A DNA stretch of 64,000 nucleotides from Bispira polyomma (lineage: Eukaryota), in contig OZ287755.1 in NCBI GenBank assembly GCA_965649765.1, positions 29,326,001-29,390,000 of the forward strand. The letters are read 5' to 3'. Position 1 is the first letter of the stretch; each line of letters begins with the position of its first letter. The notes beneath the pieces are model-generated. The model saw nothing but the letters and a program-made list of their open reading frames with translations, did not search any database and was not told the origin of the DNA. The position numbers and the translations under genes are program-made. Shown here piece after piece: positions 24,597 to 35,900 of the stretch.

Positions 24597-27500
24597 CAGC
24601 GATAGGTTTGCACAGACAGATATATCCTCAGTTAGTAAGACTGCTCAGAACATGAGGCTGTCTTCTTCCAGTTGGTCGGAATTCTTCTTCTCTTCAGAAG
24701 AAGAGTATGACGAAGTACCTGAGGATGTCAATCATCACCACCATGATGATCAATCTGAAGTTTCAAGAGGGAAGGCAGGGAAGAAAGAGATATCAGTGGT
24801 GCAGCCTACACAAACATCTCCCCACCCACCTTCCCAGTCTGTGCAAACACCCAATAGTCCTGCCAGTAAAATGGATCCCATACCAAACCAGAAGGGACCC
24901 AAAAATAAAGATATAAACTCAAAGTTGGATGATTCAAACCAAGACATATGTTCCAAACCAGTTTTTAAATTGCAAGTAACACCTATTCCTAGTAAAGACA
25001 CTGTGCTAATAAAACCTCCAACGCCCAAATTGCAACCTGAAACTCAAATTTCAAATCAAAGTTCACAACAGGTTAAGCCAGAAATACATGTTTCACAAAA
25101 ACAAGAGGGCACAAAGCAGCCTGAAAAGCAACAACAGGTGACTAAACAACCTATACAGCAACAGAAGGGAATTATGCAACCTGAACAGCAACAGAAGGTA
25201 AATGTGCAACCTGTATCTCAACAGCAAGTACATAAGCCACCACCTATACAGCAACTGCAGAAACAGCAGGCCAGCAACCAACCTGTTCTGCAACAAGCAA
25301 CTAAGCAACCAGAACAACAGCTCGTAAACAACCAGTCATTACAGCAACAAAAATCACCTGAACAGCCTATTCAGCAACAGCATACCACTAAACAACTTGT
25401 ACAGCAACAACAGACAACTAAGAAGCCTATACAGCAACCACATGTTACTAAAGAGCCCATACAGCATCAGCAGGCCACTACACAACCTGTAAAGCAACAG
25501 CAGGTAACTGAACAGCAAAAACAGATAATTAAACAACCTGTACAGCAACAACAGGCTACCAACCAACTGGTACAGAAACCACAGGCAACTAAGCAATTTG
25601 TGGAGCAACAACAAGTCATTAATCAAGCAGTACAGCAGCCACAGACAACTAAGCAACCTCAACAACAACAACATGTAACTAAGCAAACTGAGCAACAACA
25701 CCAGGTAACTAAGCAACCTGTACAACAACAACAGTTAACTAAGCCACCTGTACAACAACAGGTAACTAAGCAATCTGTACAACAACACCAGGTAACTAAG
25801 CAACCTGTACAACAACAACAGGTAACTAAGCAACCTGTACAACAACAACAGCTAACTAAGCAGCCTGTACAACAACAACAGCTAACTAAGCAATCTGTAC
25901 AACAACAACAGACAACTAAGCAATCTGTACAACAACAGGTAACTAAGCATCCTCTACAACAACACCAGCAAGTAACTAAGCAAAATGTACAGCAACAACA
26001 GGTAACTAAGCAACCTGAACTACAACAACAGCAAGTAACTAAGCAATCTGTACAACAACAACAACAGGTAACTAAGCAACCTGTACAACAACAACAACAG
26101 GGAACTAAGCAACCTGTACAACAACAACAACAGGGAACTAAGCAACCTGTACAACAACAACAGCAGGCAACTAAGCAACCTGTAAAACAACAACAGGGAA
26201 CTAAGCAACCTGTACAACAACATATAACTATGCATCCTGTACAACAACAGCAGGTAACTAAGCAAAATGTACAGCAACAACAGGTAACTAAGCAACCTGT
26301 GCAACAACAACAGCAAGTAACTAAACAACCTGTACAACAACAGGTAACTAAGCAACCTGTACAAAAACAACAGGTAACTCAGCAGCCTGTAGAACAACAA
26401 CAGGTAACTAAGCAACCTGTACAACAACAACAGGTAACTAAACAACCTGTACAAAAACAACAGGTAACTAAGCAACCGGTACAACAACAACAGGTAACTA
26501 TGCAGCCTGTACAACAACAACAGACAACTAAACAACCTGTACAACAACAACAGACAACTAAACAACCTGTACAACAACAACAGGTAACTAAGCAACCTGT
26601 ACAACAACAACAGGTAACTAAGCAGCCTGTACAACAACAACAGCAGGCAACCAAACAAAATGTACAACAACAACAGATACTTAAACAGCCTGCACAAGAA
26701 CAACAGATAACTAAACCTGTACAACAACAATCTAGCAAACAGGAGGTGATAATAAGAAGTCAATATGTACAACAACCAGTAATCAACCAAGCTGTACACC
26801 AGCATCAAGGAACACAGCAACCTGTACCACAACAACAAACAAAGAATGTTGTACATGAGCAAAAGCCTGCCTGTAAAAGTCCAGAAACATTGACGTCAAG
26901 GGATACACCGCACCAGCAAAACAAACAGAACACCACATTGATGAAGGTCAATCTTTGTCCGCCAAATCATATGGCATTGGTTACTTGTAAAAATATTACA
27001 GCAGATTCGCCTTCACTAATAATTGCGGCCAATAGAAATTCTATTAACAGTATCAATGTTGAGAAATCAATTACACCACAACAAGAGGCATCTGTAAATT
27101 TGGTACAGTCAAGTCTGATGAATGAAGTTCAAGATAAGAGAAACAGCGACAGTCAGAAAGACAATTTGCCAAACCAATCACAAATGAAACTAACTACAGT
27201 TCCTGTGACATCAGCAAGGGGTTTATCTATGATCAGGCATATGTCTAAGTCAAGAGAAAATAATTCTACAAACAAAGACAAGCCAATTGGGTCAAAGGTG
27301 ACAAACTTCGGGAGAAGTGTTCCCGATATGGGTAGATGTTTTAAACCAAAGCCAGTTCCACAAGCATCCACTGAAGATGCTCCCAGCAAGAAGGAATCTG
27401 AGATACGGCGCAAGTCAGTTTCATCAAATGCTCCAGACTGGCAGAAGTCTAGATATTTTGATGTTGAAGAGATAGAGAGGATCAAATCTAAAGCTCTGTT

Positions 27501-27744
27501 GAGGAACGAACAAAACAAAGAGCTGCCAAAGTATGTGAAGGTCGCCAGGTCAGACACCAGTGAAGTTAAGAATGAGGTGGAACAGCCAGAGGCTTCTGGT
27601 AGAGTACAAACGTCTCATCCTTCACCCTCACTCTCACGTGGCTCTGCGACTGGATCAACCGATTCCAAAAGTGGCCTTGAGAAAGGTAAGAGGAAAAAAG
27701 CAGATTCTAAAAGTAAAGGTAAAGACGAGTGTGTAACAATGTAA
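24451..27744 (+). CDS. Long Q-rich repeat ORF with C-terminal polybasic CaaX; probable extension of the TRIM protein
   Basis: 1097 codons without a stop in AT-rich DNA (frame open from 24427; the listed start is GTG, so not a likely initiator). Repeat length changes are multiples of 3. Non-repeat flanks are also open. Ends KGKRKKADSKSKGKDECVTM-stop. Confidence 0.8.
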   Translation: MWITQILMKMSPATTAVRGDPDLCTTTVWMRMKSFTMPIRGRPRGSGFSSDRFAQTDISSVSKTAQNMRLSSSSWSEFFFSSEEEYDEVPEDVNHHHHDDQSEVSRGKAGKKEISVVQPTQTSPHPPSQSVQTPNSPASKMDPIPNQKGPKNKDINSKLDDSNQDICSKPVFKLQVTPIPSKDTVLIKPPTPKLQPETQISNQSSQQVKPEIHVSQKQEGTKQPEKQQQVTKQPIQQQKGIMQPEQQQKVNVQPVSQQQVHKPPPIQQLQKQQASNQPVLQQATKQPEQQLVNNQSLQQQKSPEQPIQQQHTTKQLVQQQQTTKKPIQQPHVTKEPIQHQQATTQPVKQQQVTEQQKQIIKQPVQQQQATNQLVQKPQATKQFVEQQQVINQAVQQPQTTKQPQQQQHVTKQTEQQHQVTKQPVQQQQLTKPPVQQQVTKQSVQQHQVTKQPVQQQQVTKQPVQQQQLTKQPVQQQQLTKQSVQQQQTTKQSVQQQVTKHPLQQHQQVTKQNVQQQQVTKQPELQQQQVTKQSVQQQQQVTKQPVQQQQQGTKQPVQQQQQGTKQPVQQQQQATKQPVKQQQGTKQPVQQHITMHPVQQQQVTKQNVQQQQVTKQPVQQQQQVTKQPVQQQVTKQPVQKQQVTQQPVEQQQVTKQPVQQQQVTKQPVQKQQVTKQPVQQQQVTMQPVQQQQTTKQPVQQQQTTKQPVQQQQVTKQPVQQQQVTKQPVQQQQQATKQNVQQQQILKQPAQEQQITKPVQQQSSKQEVIIRSQYVQQPVINQAVHQHQGTQQPVPQQQTKNVVHEQKPACKSPETLTSRDTPHQQNKQNTTLMKVNLCPPNHMALVTCKNITADSPSLIIAANRNSINSINVEKSITPQQEASVNLVQSSLMNEVQDKRNSDSQKDNLPNQSQMKLTTVPVTSARGLSMIRHMSKSRENNSTNKDKPIGSKVTNFGRSVPDMGRCFKPKPVPQASTEDAPSKKESEIRRKSVSSNAPDWQKSRYFDVEEIERIKSKALLRNEQNKELPKYVKVARSDTSEVKNEVEQPEASGRVQTSHPSPSLSRGSATGSTDSKSGLEKGKRKKADSKSKGKDECVTM
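25110..26850 (+). repeat. Coding minisatellite, unit about 30 nt (ACTAAGCAACCTGTACAACAACAACAGGTA = TKQPVQQQQV)
   Basis: Dozens of tandem 27-33 nt units; most homogeneous at about 25670-26730 and more diverged at the edges. Confidence 0.95.
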
Positions 27745-29509
27745 AGCCAAATATTGCCAGTCTTAGAAACAATTCTGCATGACACACACACAATCTGCAT
27801 GATACTCAGCCTTGCCTTGGAGACTATTCTTATTATTATCCTTGCATATTTTGCCCACATTTTTATGTTCTTTTATTTTTCTTTCATTTCAGGGGGATAT
27901 ATAGTTGGCAATGCTTAGTTGTTGTTGCTTTGAAGACAGTAATATGTTCTGTTGGTGCTTCTTGTATCTGCCCTGATGGTGACGTCATATGGTTATAATA
28001 ATGACTTTCTTCCACAAGATTGTGGTCAATGCTTCTTAGATATTTCTGGAAATATCAGAAACAAACAAACATGATTTATATAACATGATATTTATTGTAT
28101 ATTGCATATCCCATAGTGTTACACTAACAGAAATTGTTCTGGATACTTAAGATTAGTCAAATATAAGTGGTCTAGTTTATATTTCAATTTACAAAAAAAT
28201 AATTGTGTTCTTTACATTTCAATTTACCAAGAACGGTGTTGAGTTGTTTAAATTTCAATTTACCAAAAAAGGTGGTGTCATATCAAACGTCTGATAGTTG
28301 AACTATTTCAATATTTGCAAGTTCTATAATAGTTATTTATACAAGGACATCTGCCCTGCATTATTGCTGTATGTCAAATTAACAGTTATTTGTATACGAT
28401 ATGCTTTAAGTTATTTTATATGTGTTATAATTATTATTTTTTTTACACAGTAATGCCTATATTTATATGTGTAATTTAAAACTGGGATGTTTTAAGCATT
28501 GAAGTAATATGTTTAGGTTGAATTACTGAGTTGTAATTCTGAAATCTTGTGTGTTATAGTTTCATTAGTCATTAGTCTTATAAGATAAGAATCTCTCTAC
28601 TTCGAATATGTTATTGAAATGTATGTAGTTTTTTTGATAAAACTCTGGTGTGTTAATTGGAACGAAAATAGAATTTTCAAAATTAAGAGATAAATAAATC
28701 AAATTAAATAGTCTGTGGTGGCTTCTCCTCACTACTGCAGTAAATTGTATCTTGCCAGTAGGCTTCGGCGAGTAAAATAAAGACAGTTTCACTCTATTAA
28801 TTCCCTTTGCTGGTCTCTCAAAGGGAATGATAATGTAAATAAATATTTGTTTAAGCTTTTTTTTATTGCATCATTTTTTGTCAGGTTAATGGTAACTATT
28901 AACTTTGGCAACAAAATGAAAAAGCGTATCATTGATGATCAAAATGTCAATACTAATACTAAATACTAAAATATATTTGTTGCAATAAGTTTGAATTTTA
29001 ATAAAATTATTTATTGTAATTGATGCTGTCGTTTTCACAGATGATTGAGAATGATGCAGTTTACTGAATCTAATATAAAAGCTACAGGGCTTTCACAATA
29101 CATAAAAAGGAGAATTTTTGATCAACACTTCCATATAACAAGACTTACAGTGATTTGACTACAGTTATGCATAAATTGTCGCCGATATTTTTGGAATAGC
29201 CAAATCAAATAGGCATTTTTATTTAAAGATAGTTACAACATTAACAAAATTAACAATTTTTGGCAGGATCCCTATTTATTCAGGAGTAAGCTTAGCACTG
29301 ACCTCTAATTAAACTGATTCTGGTAGTCAAACATTAAAAGTAGGAACTCGATGTGATAAGATTTACAATACAAGTAAGTGTTTAAGAAATCTACTGATGG
29401 AGTGTAGATAACCACTACATCCATGTTGTTACTAAATATTGACAGTGTGCATATTTCAAAACCACCTGATATAATGTCTACATCAAATACCGCCAGGTTT
29501 AGGACATTA

Positions 29510-29830
29510 CTTATTATTTATTTGACCCAAGTTTATTGTTTTGTATTATGGATTTCTATTTGATGCTTTGTATGATGCAAGGCTTCTAAAACACAACAGC
29601 AGAATCGGTTAACCAATAGAGTGGTCCAAAAACATAGCAATGTTGTAAGGAAGGATGTGGGGATGTACAGGGAGGGAACTAAGGGAGGTAAGTGAGTTTG
29701 AAGAGGTGGGTTTTAAGCTTTTCCTGAAACCAGAAAGTGTTTCAAGTGATCTAAGCTCAACATGGAGACTGTTCCAGAACATAGGGGCAGCAATAGAGAA
29801 AGCTCTAGATCCAGCCCTCTTGGTAGGTTT
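29510..29830 (-). mobile_element. L2/CR1-group LINE 3' end fragment (same family as 8866)
   Basis: Reverse strand encodes KPTKRAGSRAFSIAAPMFWNSLHVELRSLETLSGFRKSLK. Confidence 0.75.
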
Positions 29831-32800
29831 TACACAGGGAAACAGAAAGTCTCATGGACACATTACCAATGGATACATCATAAACAACGCAATTTAGTAT
29901 TTTTTTGTCTAACATGCTTTCAACCAAGACTTTAAAAGATCATCTCTATATTTTTACATAGATTTCTCTCTTTCCCCTATGTATCTGAATAAAACCATAA
30001 CAGTGGGTTAGTTTGATTTTGAGTAGCTTGCAAAAACAGCTTAGGTCATATCACAACGACCAGAGTCAATGGTGTAACAATCTATTCCTGAAGCACTGTA
30101 AACCACTCTCGCTACAGCAAGTACCTGACAAACTTTTCAACCTAAAAAACGAACACGATTCGAACCTAGATTAATTAGAGACCGGGTTTGTGAAGTGCTT
30201 GTAAAGCTTGCCAGGCATCGGCTGTAGGACGATGCACTGGGTTTAACCAACACAAAATGACCAAAGATGTTCAATGCAGTGTAAAACTTAAATACATACA
30301 AATTTGTTTTTCCTTTTACCAGGCTAACTCAATCCAAAGTCATTCAACTTACCCTCACACGCACATGGTTCATGCGAGATACCATCATCTAAGTCTTCAA
30401 AATAGCCTGCGTTGACATCAGTACAGGGTCATATACCACCAATTAACCTAGCTGTATTTGCAGTCAAACTGGGGACATACTAATCACCAAACCAACTTCC
30501 ACAACTCTAAGTCGAACCGGAGACATCCCTACAAAAGTTATTAAGCATAGTTATAGTGCAGAAATAAAATTAATAGCCAATTTTGTGTTTCCTTATCTCT
30601 GGCTTCTGCACTGGGGTCATAAACATTAACTGGAGGTATGATGACACTTTCACACATTATACGTCTTCTAACGTGATTAAAAATGGTCAATTTATGGAGT
30701 TAGTAGTAGATTGTTTCCAGTAAATATGAGTTGTCATACGATACGATAAAGGATTTAAAACAGCACTTTTTCAGATTTTTCATGTTTAGACAGCACCAGA
30801 AATGTCTACTAATCAGGGTGAATTGTATCAATTTCTGCTCGAATATTTAATATATATTTACATATTATTATTATAATTTGTTTATGAATGTACTCATAGT
30901 ACACATGTTTACATATAAACATATAAATACAATTCAGAAAAAGAAAAAAAATAGATATATTACAAAGTTAGTTTACAGAAATTTATAACATAAACACGAA
31001 TTAAGTATACAAAATATTACGATGTACACATATATTTTCAGCATATGCTGTATCTCATCAAATGTAAATTCTGTTGAATCAGACTCTCTGACAAATATTA
31101 ACTCCAGTATGCTGCTTCAAGTTCTTGACTTTTCATCAGGAGAGTCATATGAGCACACAATGGTTGTGTACTTCTTGGAATGCCTTAGCAATTTGTACTT
31201 ATTTGTATTACATTTGTGTGCTATATATGTTATAGAACTAATCACACTAGAGAGGCTTCCCCCATTACAAGCCTACCACATAGATTTACGAGTATATTTG
31301 GACTACACAATGTCACACAATGTCAAACAATGCACATATATCACACAACGCACACAAGAAGCTTAACATGAAAAATTGCATATAAAAAGGGTCTGTTATT
31401 GACGTTGCCATACACAAACAATTTAAAGATTATGAACCATTCTCTGGTTTACGGTTCATCAAATAAAATTTTAAAAATCACTAGAATAATGCCCTGATGT
31501 AGTAAACAATTCCGATGTTGTTTATCATAACGTTCCCATATAAAGACCAATTAATACAGTTTAAAGAACCACTGTGCAACCACAATTATTTTCTAACTTT
31601 AAGAAATATGCGATATTCTCTACCAAACTTTTGTTCTCTTCCAAAATTTCGGCACCTCGAGGCACTGTGGTATATTTATAAACAAAAAATGTGTTGAATT
31701 GTGTTCTTTGTCCTATATCAGAACTTTTTGCAGAACACTCCTATGTATGTTATTTGATCAGGTTTATTTGTCATAGATAAACTCCACTTATAATAAGAAA
31801 ATACCTGTGGATTATCGGTTACAATGTTTGACTTGTGGCACACCCTGGGCTTATAATATTTTACACATACACACATCTGCGGCTCACTACCATGGTATTA
31901 TTTTCGACAGTCTCAAACCGAGTATAAGGACAACAATACAATGATTTAACAAATATAAGAAGGCCTTCGATAAGAATTGATGTTTTTCCCTTCTTTGTAT
32001 GTGAATTATGTCATTTACTTTGAAATAATACATGTATTAACCATTTGTTGCTATAATTTTGCACAATTTGGATTTTATTTTGTGTCCTAAGATACCTAGT
32101 AACATGACACTTGAAATGTATAAATCAGCACATACATAAAACACATGACACGCTTTATTATTTTCAACTTTCATATGTTCCCCATAAATTTAGTTCAAGG
32201 TCACACAAGTGAAGTGGTACAATTTAAAGAAATAGCTCTTCCACAACCCACAATATTGTGTTGGCGACGATTTTATGTGTTTACATTGCTCAAATCCATA
32301 TTTATTAGGCATTGTATATCAAAAGGCTAAAGTGACTTATGTATGCTGACATGGGAGGGGTTGGGGCATAAAAAGTAAAGATAGAGTAATCACACGAAAT
32401 GCACAATTTCAAGAAAGATTATTATTACAATTAATATTACTTTATAGCATGTATATAGTGCCAAACAGTCCTGAGAATATGGAGATATGTATTGGCATGC
32501 CCTAAGACTTTGTGAACACTCCATATATGACAGATTGCCATTTGTACATGTACGAGATCGTGTAAATGTATAGGACAACATAATTTAAAATACCCTGCAC
32601 ATGAACATGTGTCCATAAAGTACATTGCATACTCACACGACTTATACTAGTACTCAAATTGACGTGCATACAGGAGGTGTTGAAGTTTCCACAGTTAGTG
32701 TGGAAAGACACATCTCGTAGTATGTTAAACTTTCCATTATTCAATTCATCATTATGGCCATCATTACTTTGGCTACTTTTAGAATTTATACTATAACCAT

Positions 32801-32939
32801 AAGACATATTAGTTGTACAAAAACTTTGGTATCAAATATGACCACTATAATAGTGACTGTTACTTATTGCGTCACTATGTATTGCTAAATTTCATTCCAG
32901 AATAAAACAGTGTTTTTAAAACTATCCTTTCCACATATA

Positions 32940-35900
32940 TGTAGGTTACAACAAATGACAAGCAAGTCCACTTTAGGGGACTGCTATCTCAGTCCACGTA
33001 CCTCATTCAAAAATCTATTACACTCACCTAAACAATTATTAGGTATAGCTATCCTCAAGGCATTGTCTCCTGGCTACAGCTGGACCAATGAGATTGCTTA
33101 ATTTATTAGCTATTTCCCGGCTTTTTGGCTACACCTCCATATTGATCTCAAAATTTAACAAGCAACAACAAAAATTTTGTAACTTGGATGTTATTGAACA
33201 TTTGCATTTGTTTTTGTAAATGATTTCAAATTTATACATTTTATTTGCGGCTACATTATAGGTATCAAATTATTTGTGTGTGAACTGAAACAATGGGAAA
33301 AGCTAAAAAGACCCAGCTAGCTAGTCTGAATTATTACCTCAGAGAGAACTATCTCAAGGTAAGGCTAACCAGAGGGTCAAGTCAGGTAGATTTAACTCCA
33401 CAGATAAAGCCAAGGTTGATCCCAGATTTTGTTGGCCAAACGAAAGCTGTCTAGCAACTAATATCACCACCTCATTCCGCAAATGCCCAGCCTATGACAA
33501 CCTCTTGCTTCCGCAGTGGGCAGCAGGCAAGATTTCAAACGTGCTTCTAGTATCAGACAACGCAGCAATAAGAAACATGATGAACCAAATTGTTTCTGCG
33601 TTTCGGGATGCTTCATCGCTTCCCTGGCCGGTAGTGAGGATGGCGTGGGCATCTAACATGCACGAGATAGAAGCAGGTCGGTTGACGTGGAAAAATTACA
33701 CTCAGTGGGCGTTGAACTGAATGAGCGCTTCACAACGGACTGTGGTTAAGAATCACTCTCCGAATGCAACCAACGTCGCAAAACAAAGGACAATATGTAG
33801 GCTTTTCAACAACAGTAAATGTACTCATAAATCTGATCATGGAAATTACAAACCTAACTGTTGGTATTGTGCTAACGCTCTAGGCAAAGATTCAAGTCAC
33901 CATGAGTTTAAATGCTTTAAACCAAATTCCAGCAAGCAGTCTGACAGTCGAAATGTTAAAAGTAGCTAGTAAATTATTCAACAACCAGATAAAGGTCAAG
34001 GAACATTAATAAATACTGTGAATACCAGAGTAAGTGAGAACAATAACTTAAGTAGGAATAGCGTAAATAGTGTGAATAAGTATAATGATATCAATGTATC
34101 AAAAAATGAGATTACAGTAATGTCAAATTTTAATTGTGAAACTAATGTTATTCCAAATGTATTACATAAAAATGTTTCAGAAAACATGCTTGGTGATGTT
34201 ACTGCTGTTAAGAGACAGCAGCGAACACACCCAGATAACAGGGTCTAGGAGAAGGACAATATGGTTATAGGGGAGTATAGCTTGGCTAACTATGATAGAC
34301 CTAAAAATTATAAAATCAAAAATCATACAGGCCATATTTAAGATGGCCACCATGAGTTTGGGGAACAAAGGTAAAAATTAGTGTTACTAATTGGTGTTTT
34401 TCTGATTTTAATAGCAGAGAAAACCTTCCCATTATTTATATTGGCGGCCCGGCTAATTTTAAAGGTTTTTTATTCCAGTCTTATTGACAGCTTCACAGGC
34501 ATCAAAAGCTATACTCCTATTGATTTGAAACCTTATGGTTTGTTGACTATTATTGACACTTTCAACATAATGGTTGAAAAATTGGACAAAGTGGCTTATG
34601 TAAAATTTAACGAAATCAAACAACTATCATATGAACAGCAAAGTTAAGCCAGTAATGATCTTTACTAATATCAAACAGATATTAAATGTCTTAAGAATAA
34701 TGGCAAAAATTATACTTAGTACTTAGAGAATATAATTGATGAACTAATTAATTGTTGTAAAGAAAAAACCACAGGTTCTAACAAAAATTGTATATATACA
34801 AAAGAAAAGGCTGACCAGACTGGATGTAGAGACAATGACACTACTAAAGGTATAGTGAATTATTGTGATAAAAAATATACTCCCCCTGTGTCGTCCAAAC
34901 ACTTCTTCTAAATGTTCTACATGTTAAAGGGTCAGTGAACCTGTGAACAGGAATGTCACTGACAAAACTGATTTAAGTAAAACTGTTGGGTTCTTAGCAC
35001 TTTCAGAAACAAAATTTGACTTCCAAGGCCCTGATAGGCCAACAATATATATTAATACAGTAGAGAAAATAATTGAAATTACTGAAATAATAAAACAAAC
35101 TGGAGTTTCCAATTACAAGTAATCCAGAATACCAATAAGTTCTGGCGTAAACACATGCATGGCAAACCATGCTACAGGAATATCCTGACAAACTTTTACT
35201 TCAGTACACCAAGTTCGGCTTTCCTTTATGTTTGAGTACACCTGCTAAGTTAAACAATGCCGTTGTGAAAAATCGTTACTCTGCTTTGCAGTATCCCTAT
35301 GATGTTGGTGAATATCTCAAGAAAGAAACTGAATTAGGAGTCATGTTAGGTCCAGTTAAGGAGGTCAAAACCTCAGATTACCACTGTTCTCCACTTCTTA
35401 CAAGACCCAAAGATATCCACAAACGTCATGTAATCCTCAACTTGTCACACCCTTATAGTAACTGCTTAATGATAACATCGACAGAAACAAATTTGATAGT
35501 CTAGCGTTCATATTAAAGTTTCCAACAATTGATGATATCACACAAGCCTTACATGACACTACGAATGCTACTTTATTCCAAATTGACATGGCCAGGACTT
35601 TGAAAAACTTAAGAGTAGACCCTGTAGATGCAATAAAGGTAGGAATTTCCTGGCAAGGCGACTATTACCTGGGCCCGGTGATCGTGTTCGAGTTGGTACA
35701 TGGCATTGCTGCTTTTCAGCATTGCATGGACGCAATAACGATGCACATGTGTAAACTGAGCTTCAACGTCTTTAGGTACATTGACGATTAAGTCTGCGAT
35801 TAAGTATCAAGCAAAATGAAAAATTACCTGCAGTGGTTCACAAAATTCTTAGAAAAATATAATGCCGACAAACTACATTTGGAGGGGTGACTTACAGGAC

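Noticed and set aside
24594-24605. Stop-codon readthrough at TAG-CAG
   Set aside because: A second in-frame TAG follows after two codons (TAG CAG CGA TAG), so readthrough cannot reach the long ORF.
25093-26862. Minus-strand Leu/Tyr-rich and Cys-rich ORFs (26020-26862, 26379-26738 and others)
   Set aside because: Antisense shadows of the CAA-rich coding repeat; they do not extend beyond it and have no splice or domain support.
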